From Octopus sinensis (lineage: Eukaryota), in contig NC_043000.1 in NCBI RefSeq assembly GCF_006345805.1, positions 85,994,001 through 86,058,000 of the forward strand: 64,000 nt of DNA. Reading direction: 5' to 3'. The position numbers and the translations under genes are program-made. Shown here one piece after another: positions 38,110 through 49,250 of the stretch (positions are counted from its first letter, which is position 1; the number at the start of each line of letters is the position of its first letter). The notes beneath the pieces were generated by a model, which saw only the letters and a list, made by a program, of their open reading frames with translations, ran no database searches and had not been told where the DNA came from.

Positions 38110-39446
38110 TTCTATTATAAATGCATTCTCTAACACTAGAAACCTTTCGCAAATTATTGCTTCCCATAATAACAAGCTGCTAAACAAAGATTCTTCACCC
38201 GAGCTTTCCAACACTATTCTTATCAACTCCAACCAAACATTCAATAATAGTAATAGAAATAGTATTGATAGTAGCAGCATTCGTAGCAGCGTTAGTATTA
38301 GCAATGATAATATTAATAATAGCATTAGTCGGGTTAATAACAAAGGTAGTGTTGATGGTAACAACAACAACATTTCTAATGTCAGGGATATTGCCGGTCA
38401 TAATACAATTAATAATAATAATAATAAAAGAAATAGTGTAGTGGTTAACGCAAGCAATAATATAAACAGCAATCATAACAATAAAAACTCTGTCTTGATC
38501 TCGGAGGAAAACCCTAATAGATTAAAATTCTTGTCCAGTAATTCCAAAATTAAAAATTCCATTTACCAGTGTAAAATTTCTTCTGGTACCGATGTATTCT
38601 TCTATATTGGTGTGTCAACTTCAAAATTGTCCAAGAGAATTTCCAACCATTATTCAACTTTCCATGATAGGAGAAAACAACAAAGTACAGGACTAAGTAA
38701 ATTGGTTTGGTGTCTTAAGGACAACAATATAACTTTCAAGTTGGATTGGTCCATATTGTCTGTTTCCTTTCCTTTTGATAAGGGCAGAAAATATTGTGGC
38801 ATTTGTAATTCTGAACTCTTCTATATACTTTTCGCCAAGGTTCCCTTGGTAAACACACTTATAAAAAAATCGTATAAGTGCAAGCATTGGCAAAAACACA
38901 CTTACCACTCATATAAATCATAAATAATATAGATAAACTCTTTGGTTTTAATAATTAGTTTCACGTATACACCACTACCATAGACAAATTCTTTTTTTCT
39001 ACCCCGTTACATGGAACATTAATACTATATACCATTGACGTATGTTTATATCTATCTCTTTCCCTCTCCCCTTCTCTCTCTTTCTCTCTCTCTCTATCAT
39101 ACGCACAATCAAACACACAGACACAAATTTGTCACATCACTACTGGAGGTATTTGACAATTGTCCCCCCACACACACACATAGACACGAATGAAGTCATA
39201 TACACACACTCATACACACACATAAACACTCACACTCATTAACAAAAGCAAATACCCGCACATCCCCATTAATACAGCATACTTTCGGTTCCCTTCCTAC
39301 TTTTAGTACTTCCTCCTTCCAACCAATTTTGACGTCATTGCTTATAACGGATTATTTAAAAAAAAACAATCATTATCACTCTCGACACAATGTAGGCAGT
39401 CATCAAAAAGTTTTTGTTCGTCTTGAGACTGATAGAGGTTCCTTGT

Positions 39447-39529
39447 CTTTCCTGAGGAGAAGACGGCATAATGCACCTTTTATTCCTTCAGAATTAAGAG
39501 TATGCAGTCTTCGAAACATGTGTCGAGAG
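39447..39529 (+). ncRNA. Type I hammerhead ribozyme, canonical core
   Basis: CTGAGGA 39452-39458, helix II gaagac/gtcttc (39459-64/39507-12), GAAA 39513-16, helix III AC-atgt-GT, GTC triplet 39522-24, and helix I ctttc/gagag (one G-U pair). Confidence 0.8.
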
Positions 39530-39726
39530 TAAAGGAATTTTGTTAAAATATTCGTTTGACTCCATTCTTTCATTTATTCATATTAAAAAAAACACACAAA
39601 TTTACACACAAGAACACGGTGTTCCTACCCTTGATATGTAGCTTCAACCGTGTTTTCTGATGTGAATTTGCTACCCAGGTATCGGTTAACCGAATTTTCC
39701 ATATTAGGATAATTCATTCACCTACT

Positions 39727-39759
<33 letters not shown>

Positions 39760-40918
39760 GGATAAAGTATCTAGGTGAGTATCATTTGAGTACTCAATTA
39801 TTATCCAGATTGTGGCTAACTGTATCAAGCTGTAAGGAGCATCTAGGATTACTTAAGGATAAGCAATCCTAATGTAAATTCTGAGTTCATTTTGCAGGAT
39901 TATAAATATTTTACCAAGTGTATATATCCAAGACAATTACAGTGAATACGGAGATTAGTACATCTGCATATTTTTTATTTCTACAGTCATTTGTACAACA
40001 TATTTGATTTAAATGTGCCTGATACATGTTTCTGCTGTAAAGACATTTTGAAATTGCATTTGTATCCTCTTACTTTTGACTGGTTATTAGTCTATGCAAC
40101 TTTATTTAAGGTTCATCCACTGATATGGTTTGAAGCGAAGTGTATGTAGTTTTAGCTAGTATTATATTTGGTAGGTGACTCTATAAGAGATACTGTCTTA
40201 GGAGGAAGACCACAGTTAATTAGGCTTTCAATGATATATCTACTTTAAGTATGAATACTATTGGGAATATGGATTTCAGTACAACCTGTTGCATGATTGA
40301 GCTGTCAATAACAAAACTGGTACCCCCACTAGGCTTGCCTGGTGAGGAGGGTTGCTAGAAACCGAACAGGACTAAAAACAAGACTTGTCAAAAGGACAGA
40401 TGAACCTAGTGAAGATTTAATAACTAACTAGCAATAGCAAGGGTCCTCAAAAATTCTGGGTTTGTGTCTGGCATGCTGGAAGACCACTGGGAATGAGGTA
40501 CTCCTCAGCTTTTGTTAAAGCATTTCTATATACAACCAGATATGCAGGGAGTAGTATTGAACATTTTGGGTACCTTTTGTTTGCACTTGAAATCATGGCA
40601 CGCCTACATTCCTAAGCCTGTGACCCATATTGGTAATGGATATCTTGCCCTGGCTTTTTTCTGGATCATGTTAGTAGGGTGCAGAGAGTCTGTGAGGTGT
40701 TCTGCAAGCCTTATTGGGCCTAAAAGTTTAGGTTGTGCAAGTGTCTCAAATGCAAACCCAGCTGAAGCCGACTACAGGTGCAATAACCTCGTGCATGGTC
40801 ATTGCATGGTCATTTTGCATGGGCAGTGGTCAGTGATGGTCTTCCTTGGTCACAAGTGGACAGCCATCATCATCATCATCATCATCTTATGTGTATGTGT
40901 GTGTGTATGTGTGTGTAA

Positions 40919-41152
40919 ATACCGAGCATAATATCAATTAATGAATGACAAAAGAACAGGAGTGTCATAATCACTTTCATTAGCTTACAACTGTTTCTGC
41001 TGTAAGTATCATTGTACTCAGAGTCGAGTGTTCATGCAACATTTTATGGCTTCTTTGGAGCCATTTATATGAAATAAACATTTGTTGTGGAACCATTGTG
41101 ATTACATGACTCCTGTTCTTTTCTCATTCATTAATTGATATTATGCTCTGTA
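40919..41152. mobile_element. TA-flanked MITE with ~55-bp TIRs
   Basis: gagcataatatcaattaatgaatga...gaacaggagt mirrored at 41098-41152. Confidence 0.75.
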
Positions 41153-41157
41153 CTCAC

Positions 41158-41222
41158 CTGACACTTTATTCTAAAGTATAAGTATAATGAGGTATAACAA
41201 GTGGTATTTAATATTTCTATAC
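41158..41222 (-). CDS. Weak candidate exon (IEILNTTCYTSLYLYFRIKCQ)
   Basis: Acceptor gatttcacttag| and strong donor CAG|gtgagt. Only one frame open (phase 1 to 0). Confidence 0.3.
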
Positions 41223-41289
41223 CTAAGTGAAATCATAATATATATCATCCAGTCAGGCTGATTGCCCTGGTCAGCCTGACTACCTCTCT

Positions 41290-41990
41290 CCATCTCTCCT
41301 GATCTTACATTAGTGTTTTTAGGTCTTCAACTTGGCATCCAACATCTTCTGCAAGCTGTTGTATATATGTCTTCCATGGTCTTCTAGCAGCTGTGGTACA
41401 TTGATTTGTTATTCACAGCAACACTTTACCCACAAGTTCTTCTTTACTTCTCCACCAGGGGCCAGCAAACCTCAATCTCCGCTCTTGGATGGTTGATGAG
41501 AAAGTTGGCACATTCCCATATAACCGTTGTTTTGTTGGGTGCTCCCTCCAAGAGATGTTGAGCACCACACGTAACATTCTGGTGTAGGTACCATCCAGCA
41601 TGCACCTGAGTCTCTTGATGGTCCAAGTTGGAGATCCATATACAAGCACAATTTCAACAACTGCTCTGAAGAACTGTCTCTTCAATTTATCTGGTAGGAT
41701 TGACTTCCATATTGTTCTAAGACTATCTATAGCTGCCCATGCCTTAACAACATGAGATTTGATATCTTTTTCAGTGGACACGATATTGCTGCCTAGGTAA
41801 GCAAACTCGTTGATATTTTCCAAGGGCTTCTGTTTGATGGTCCTGATTTCACCTACTGTGTTCAGGGTGGTAAACTCCGTCTTCTTTTCGTTCACATATA
41901 GTCCTATGTTAGTGGCAGCATTTTCCAGGAGATGGAGTAAATGTTCAGTATCTTTTGTGTTATCTGCGAAGAGCACTCTGTCATCAGTGT
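41290..41990 (-). mobile_element. 5'-truncated RTE-type LINE (RT C-terminal half)
   Basis: 187-aa ORF with GL.VN..KTE, F.YLGS.I, V...LVYGS.TW...LDGTYTRMLR..LN.SW, and RRLRFAG. Confidence 0.85.
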
Positions 41991-42167
41991 AATATTTATA
42001 TTTATGCTTATGTTTGTATCTACATGACAGTTGAGATCAGATGCTTTATAATGTTTATATATAGGCATTTATGTGTGTATGCATGCATGACTGTATGTCT
42101 GTATGCATAAATATATGAATGTAATTTTGTTTTTATAATTTTTGTTAGCTTTATATATACACACACA

Positions 42168-42205
<38 letters not shown>

Positions 42206-42493
42206 CTATGTATATATGTAGATATTATTTGTGCAAATGTATTACATTTACAATAATGAAAAGTGAAAATGATTGGTGAATGTTATATAGGTTGGAAATA
42301 GTTATAATGTCTGGATTTTCATGTATTTTCTATTTCATGTTGTCTTTCACTATTGCAACATTGGCAGCAGTTTTTAATGTTGGAAAACCTAACTGATTCC
42401 TACAAAAAGGTCAATGAAAACATTATAATGTGTCTGATCTCAACTGTCAAGTACCTAAAAATATAAAAACAAAACGCAAGAGAGAGAGGATGA

Positions 42494-43382
42494 TACATCT
42501 GTGGTCTGATCAATAAGTATCCGGACTGCTGCCATAGTAACGAAGCTAAAGCACGCAGAGTAAAGTCACTTGGCACACTTTGATCTTGAACTCTGCTGTG
42601 CATGTGCACTAAGTTTTAACATTCTAGCTCACTTCCGCTGGTTACAGCAGTGCTTGGAAGGAAGGTGTGTAGCATGTGATCGTCACATTAACCATGACAG
42701 AGAAAGTTGAGCAGAGAATCTGCATCAAATTTCGCCAAAAGATTGGCAATACCTGCTCAGTGGCCTATGCAAAGTTTTCAACAAGTTTTCATTGATCTCA
42801 ACACAATCACGGAGATTTTGTGCAACTGAAACCCAAGTGTCTTTTTGGTTAGCTGAAGGCAGTTTTGGTACAAACTTGGCAGATACATGTCTTATACCCA
42901 AATCTTCAGTGATAATGAACTGAACTGAACTGTTATTAATCTGCACATCCTCTGATAAGTCATGGATGGTGATTCGATGATTTCCCCTCACAGCTACATA
43001 CACATCTGCGATGTTTTTCTCAGTTTTGCTGGTTGCAGATCTCCCAGAACATTTGTCAATATCAACATTTTTTCAGAACCACTTGTACACTTGTGAGTGG
43101 CTCATACATTCCTGTCCATACACTTTCTGCAACCTTGTGTAGGCCTCTAAGCAGGCATCTCCATGACAACTTTCTCTGCCATGGTCAATAATGTGATGAT
43201 CATATGCTACACACCTCTTTACCAAGCACTGCTGTAAACAGCTGGAGTGAGCTAGAATATTAAAACTTAGTGTGCATGCATTGCAGAGTTCAAGGTCAAT
43301 CTGTGTCGAGTGGCTTCACTCTGCATGCTTTAGCTTCATTACTATGGCAACAGTCCGGATACTTATAGATCAGACCTCATAC
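42494..43382. mobile_element. Mariner-derived element made of two inverted 5' ends
   Basis: ggtctgatcaataagtatccggactg...MTEKVEQRICIKF on plus (42494-42780), and the homologous TIR, 5' UTR and longer transposase HTH fragment on minus (43382-42790). Confidence 0.8.
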
Positions 43383-44567
43383 ATATATATGCTTTCGGTG
43401 CAAGTCTGTTGTTAAGGAAACCAAAGAGAAATAGGGTAATAATGAAATAAAAGTCATTTGTGGCAAAGGAAATGAATAAGATGTACGGAACAAAATATTG
43501 AAATCAAAGACAGGAAGAAAAGGGGTAAGGTATAAAAGGCTAGAATATAAAGGAGCAGAAATAACTTGAACATGGAGAGGGTGAAGAAGGAAATACAAAG
43601 GTGGGAAAATGAAAAGAATAAGCAGGAGTTGCAGCAGTAGCAGAATTATTAAAATAAATAAGATTAAAGTGACAACTTAGACTTAAAACAGCAAAGGTTG
43701 AATATGGTACAATAAAAACGAAAGGCAAAATAACATCTTGACTCCTTACAATTAGAGTCCACATTGAGTTTTTTGATAGAAAAAGAAAAAAAGAAGAGAA
43801 AAAGAATTTATTGCTTCAGTTAGAGTATTTTACTAGTCATCTGATCATATCTTTGAAAATCACACACTTGATAGAATAGAGTTGATAAGAGTTCAATGGA
43901 TTGGTATTACTCTTCTAGTAATATATTTTGGTTTTAGAATGTATATTGTGATTCCAGCTTTGATGCTAGTAACACCTAAATAATCATATGTAAAACATAA
44001 TGGATTAGTGGATACTTAAGAAGAAATAAATTAGATTATGTAAATTCTGTAATTTCCAAAGAAATAATTCTCTTTCCTTTTAGATGGTAAATGCTGATTC
44101 AATAATTCTTATGTTCTTGGGGCTTAAGAGAAACATTGGTGCCACGAGGAAGGCTTAATGCCATGAGGGACCCCCCCGCCCCCAAAAAACTGCTCCTCTT
44201 TCCCAAACCATCTAGCACATAGTTCTATAGAATTTCAATTGAATTGTCAGTGCTGTCATTGCAGCTGCCATCATTCATGTGTCCTTGACCATGACCACCA
44301 CACCTCCATAAGCATTATGATCAAGATTATCTGTTGTATGTACAAGTATTATATACTGGTCATGGGTTGAATGGCTCTGTTATACAGAAAAATTCTATGC
44401 ATCTTCATCCCCTAAAACTCACAACGTTTGCACTGCTTCTATTTACAAGAATTTTTTAATAATTTAATCATTTTTACCTCAAGATTCAGTTGTACAATAC
44501 AAATGTGAGATCTATTTTCAAGCAGTAGTTACATTTCAGGCAACTGCATCCAACACTCTCAAAATAC

Positions 44568-44612
44568 CTGGAACATATTATTGCTAAGTAAAATGATGTA
44601 AAATTGAGGAAT
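44568..44612 (-). CDS. Candidate exon (IPQFYIILLSNNMFQ in phase 0)
   Basis: Good acceptor ttctgtttctgtacag| and donor CAG|gtattt. 45 nt; an alternative frame is also open. Confidence 0.35.
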
Positions 44613-45211
44613 CTGTACAGAAACAGAATTAATTGCGTGTAACACAAAAGATATAGGAAATCTTATACTTTCCTCCCTCAATTATTTTGAATCTACAGAA
44701 CAACTATGACATTTTAATTTTTATAGAATATATTCTTATCCTCCAATGATTTTAATTTTAAAGTACAATGTCAGAGTAAAACAAACTTTAGACTCAATTG
44801 TCACAGTTAACATTATTTTTCTTATTATTATTAAAATCTCTACACATCTTATATAAAATATCTAATGGAATCAATAATGCATCTCAAATAAGAAATCAGT
44901 TCAGTATTTTTAGAGCATCACTAGTTCTTATAGGCTGGCTAGAGTAATTATTATCATTTCAACTTAATGAAGGCCCATGTTTTCTGAAGAAATATGTTTT
45001 TGATAACTGGATTCTCTAGTTTATGTACTCCCACTTTTTTTTCCTTTATGAAAAGTTTCATTCACTTTTTAGTAAATAATTTTGTATTAATGAAAATTAA
45101 GTAGGAACTGGACCAAAGAGAAGAATGATCAAGAATCACATCAATTTTAATCAATTTGAAATAGAAAAAACTACCAACCAAATTTTTAATTTGAAGTCAT
45201 AAATATATATA

Positions 45212-45745
45212 TACAGGGGTTGGACAAAATAATGGAAACATCTGGCATCATATCATCATAATTTTGAAATATCTATAAAACCGTCAAAAGTTTGTTTATT
45301 TTTATGTTTATTGATTTATTATTAGTGTTGTTTAATATTTTTTGCTAAATTTGCAGTTTCTTTTCAGATATCATCAGAAAAAGGTAATTAAAATTCATTG
45401 GACTTTCAAAGAGGTTAAATTGTTGGTGCTTGTATGGCAGCTGCACAAAGCTGGATTTCATGGGAGGGCTGCAATCAGAAAACCACTACTTTCAAAAACA
45501 AATGTTGCAAAGTATTTAGAGTGGAGTAAAAACCTAGAGAATTGGTGCCTAGAGAAATGGAAGAATGTTATTTTCTCGGACAAGTTATCCTTTACTTTAT
45601 TTCCGACCACCAGCCAAGTATACGTGTGGAGACAGCCAAAAGAAGCATTTGACCCAGACTGCCTTCGTCCAACTGTTAAACATGGAGGAGGATCTGTGAT
45701 GATCTAGTGGGCTATATCTTGGAAATCTGCTGGCCCAATTAATTT
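45212..45745 (+). mobile_element. Tc1-like transposon fragment
   Basis: TA-CAGGGGTTGGACAAAATAATGGAAACA TIR; FHGRAAIRKPLLS...W.NVIFSD...TVKHGGGSVMI. Confidence 0.85.
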
Positions 45746-45925
45746 GTTCCCTACATATGTTTCACCACTGTGGTTAATTGCAACTTCTGCATTGGATGCT
45801 CCAAGGGCTATGGGATGCTGAACCATAATAGATCATCTAGGGACCACTTAATTGCATTATGTTACAGAGATCAAATGTTTAATTATCTCTGTATCATAAT
45901 GCAATAAAGTGTTCCCTTATTATGT

Positions 45926-46205
45926 GAAGGTGCATGGCTTAGTGGTTAGGGCATTTGGCTCACAATTGTAAGGTTGTGTCCTTCAGCAAGATACTTTATT
46001 TCACATTGCTCCAGTCCACTTGGCTTGCAAAAATGAGTAGTACCTGTATTTTACAGGGCCAGCCTTGTCACACTCTGTGTCATGCGGAATCTCCCTGAGA
46101 ACTACATTAAGGGTACACGAATCTGTGAAGCACTCAGCCACTTACACAATAATTTCACGAGCAAGCTGTTCCATTGATTGTATCAGCTGGGACCCTTATC
46201 ATTGT
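45926..46205 (+). mobile_element. tRNA-derived SINE, third family
   Basis: Head gcatggcttagtggttaggg and body gtgtccttcagcaagatactttatttcac. Minus-strand fragments at ~7060-7170, 10040-10200 and 15190-15315. Confidence 0.6.
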
Positions 46206-46244
46206 AACCGATGGAGTGCTCTTTTTTTTAAAAAAAAATATATA

Positions 46245-46730
46245 TACAGGGTATTATGGGTGAATTGTCACTATTTCATATTTTTAATTTTGTGCATTGT
46301 TTGTTTTTGATTTTGTCAACTACACAGTATAGTGGGGGCAGTTGGGCACCATGACACACTTCACTCTGCCAGAAATTTGGAAATGACATGCTATACTGCT
46401 TGGTATTCATGCTGGAAGCTCCAATAAGAACAGATGGTGAACACATAGAACAACTGTGGCTTGATGTGTCCCCAAAACATGTACCAAAAGTGACAAAAAT
46501 CAAACATTCGGTTAACATCATGCTGTTTGGAGTGATCACTGGTGATGGTGATGTTATTCCTCCATTCATCTTCCCACATGGCCTCAGACTCAACATGGCG
46601 GCCTGCATCAAGTGCCTGGAGGAAGTAGTGCTGCCCTGAAACAAGAGGGTGGCTGCTGGAAGACCCTGTGTCTAGTAAAAGGACTCTGCACCATGCCTGA
46701 CAAGCAAGAAAACCCAATCATGGCTGTTAC
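46245..46730 (+). mobile_element. maT/DD37D-like transposon fragment
   Basis: TA-CAGGGT start; KHSVNIMLFGVITGDGDVIPPFIFPHGLRLN...Y/CIKCLEEVVLP, followed by a decayed QQDSAP motif. Confidence 0.8.
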
Positions 46731-47108
46731 TCTTTTACTTGTGACTATGGCCATGCTGGAGCACCACCTTTAGTTGAGCAAATCGACCCCAGGACTTATT
46801 CTTTGTAAGCCTAGTGCTTATTCTGTCAGTCTCTTTTGCTGAACTGCTAAGTTACGGGGATGTAAACACACCAGCATCAGTTGTCAAGCAATGTTGGGGG
46901 GACAGACACAGACACGCAAACACATACATACATATATACATATATACGACAGGCTTCTTTCAGTTTCTGTCTGCCAAATCCACTCACAAGGCTTTGATTG
47001 GCCCGGGGCTATAGTTGAAGACACTTGCCCAAGGTGCCATGCAGTGGGACTGAATCTGGAACCATGTGGTTGGTAAGCAAGCTACTTACCATACAGCCAC
47101 TCCTACGC
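46731..47108 (-). mobile_element. Full-length SINE family A
   Basis: Reverse complement of the 8641-9086 type. Confidence 0.8.
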
Positions 47109-48685
47109 ATATATATTATATATATATATATAATAAGAATAAAGAGCATGAAGACTTGTACATCCACAAAATTTATTTTATAGTTATGTACAGTACATTA
47201 TAATGACCTACATGTATTTCCACTGCAACGACTACTCACTGTTGCAAATGCAATCTTGCAATATTGTTGGTGCAACTTTATCAGGGTCTGTTCATTTGGT
47301 CATCCTCAAAGTGAAATGATTGAAATAGATAGTGTTCTGTGGGCGTGTTGTTATTTATAGATATGCGCTGTTGACCTCAACTTCACCCCAATTACTGCTC
47401 AAAGTTATGGATTGGTCTTAAAATAGGTTAAGGTGAAAATTATTGCTTTCATAAAGCTCTTAGTTTGTTTTAATGGTTGTGTGTGCAATGTTTTTGATTT
47501 TGAGTGTAGTGTTTGTATTGAAGGGTTAATTTTTTGGTTGGGCTGCTCATGATTTGTGTTGTTCATTGGGTAGAATATTTGTTTATTTATTAATGATGGT
47601 TATTAAATATTTTTATGTTTAGGTTATATTATTCTATTTGTTATATCAAACACAATTGTTGCTGGGGCATTGGTTATCTAGAATTATCTCTACATCTTTT
47701 AAAGGTCCAACCATATTTTTTATAGCCATCTTAAAGTTTGTTTGTGTCTTGTATTAATTAATGTGTGTTTTGATGTAAATATTTGGTAAAGTTCCTTTAT
47801 GCATAAGTCACATCTATCTCCCCCTACTCAATACGGCTTGGCAGTGCTAATTAGTTTCCAATCGATAGACTAGCTATTGTTTCTGTCTTTAATTGACCAA
47901 ATTAGTTTAATTAGGCTTGTACTATATATATATATATATTATTGGCCTGCTCACTTAGCCAGCAGGGTGGCGTCATTTGACGGCTAAAACAATGCGAAGC
48001 GCATTGTGACCAGTGATGTGTAGCAACATCTGATAGCCTGGTCGGTAACAGTATCCTATATATATATGTTATATAATATATTATATACACACACATATAT
48101 GTGTGTGTGTGTGTGTTTATATATATATATATAGCTGACCCTGTGCCGCCAAAAATGACGGTTAATTTTAGTATTTTATATATAGATAAGGTATAAAATA
48201 AGGTACATAATAATCACACATACAAACATTCACATATTTCCCTTGTACATGCACACACATATACTCAGAGTTGAAATGCTGCTTGATTTTCCTTTTCAGT
48301 GTTGAATGTTCACCATCCCATTTCCATTGCACCCACCCACACACACACACACACACATACACACAAACATTCGCATACTTCCCTTTAACATACACACACA
48401 TATACTCACACAGAGTTAACACACTGATTTATTATTCACCCCTTCCTTCGATATTCATCTATCACTCCTTCCTTTCTCATTCATATGTTGTGACAGAGAG
48501 AAATACAAGATACACAACGTGCTTTTTGCCATCTTTCTCTGTTGTTATTATTTTCCCTTTCTCTCAGTCAGGGCTATTACTCTCACTACATCTCCTTCAC
48601 TGAATTACTATTTTCTGTCCTCTTCCTTCACTTATACTAATCTTTCTTTTACTCCATCCCACACCTACTCTGTGAATTTGGACAA

Positions 48686-48716
<31 letters not shown>

Positions 48717-48744
48717 CACAAATATATAAAAATGCTACGCTCAT

Positions 48745-48788
<44 letters not shown>

Positions 48789-48792
<4 letters not shown>

Positions 48793-48972
48793 GAAATTTA
48801 TAGAAAAACAAAAGACGAAGACAGGTGTATGAACAACAAGGAAGTGTATTAGTTTGATGCTTGGGAAAATGAAAAAGACTTTTATGTTTCGACCCTACAC
48901 TCTTCAACAGAAAGAAATAAGAGAAAATAAAAGAGAGAGAAAGAAAAAACTTGTAGATTTCAGCATGGCATA

Positions 48973-49029
<57 letters not shown>

Positions 49030-49250
49030 TAAAGTTAATCCAAACATGAAAGCACAAAAAACACAACAACGCGAGGACGTGGAACAGATATAGTATTATT
49101 GGACGCTCAGGAAAGAAGGAAAGAAGGAGGGTTTAACGTTTCGAGTGGAGCTCTTCGTCAGAAACATAGGAGAAGGAAAGATCCAGAGAAGGGAAGACAG
49201 AGGAAAAAAAATCGCCAACGGTATACACGCAGTCACATATAGTAGAAAAA
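48789..49250 (-). mobile_element. Two Penelope-like 3'-end (pLTR) fragments embedded in (TA)n
   Basis: 48789-48960 matches 85-240. 49020-49250 is a different sequence. Each carries a hammerhead-type motif. Confidence 0.65.
49131..49166 (-). ncRNA. Minimal (dimer-type) hammerhead ribozyme
   Basis: Minus strand: gttt CTGACGA a-gag-ctcca-ctc GAAACGT T aaac. Palindromic ACGT helix III and a 4-bp helix I. Confidence 0.7.

Larger units (their letters stand above)
37420..39725 (+). mobile_element. 5'-truncated Naiad-like Penelope element (RT thumb/linker, GIY-YIG, 3' pLTR with hammerhead)
   Basis: AGYRDKVSY...IWFVIPF...FP.YH, SNTRNLSQIIASHNNKLL, and IYQC...YIGVS...RISNHYSTF...STGLSKLVW.LK...DWSIL...CGICNSE...CKH. 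Ends at (TA)n near 39727. Confidence 0.85.

Noticed and set aside
37861-38476. Minus-strand hydrophobic ORFs of 170 and 93 aa
   Set aside because: Antisense of the Asn-rich Penelope frame.
39987-40141. 53-codon plus-strand open frame with splice-like ends
   Set aside because: Isolated, no recognisable motif, and such frames are expected by chance in 64 kb.
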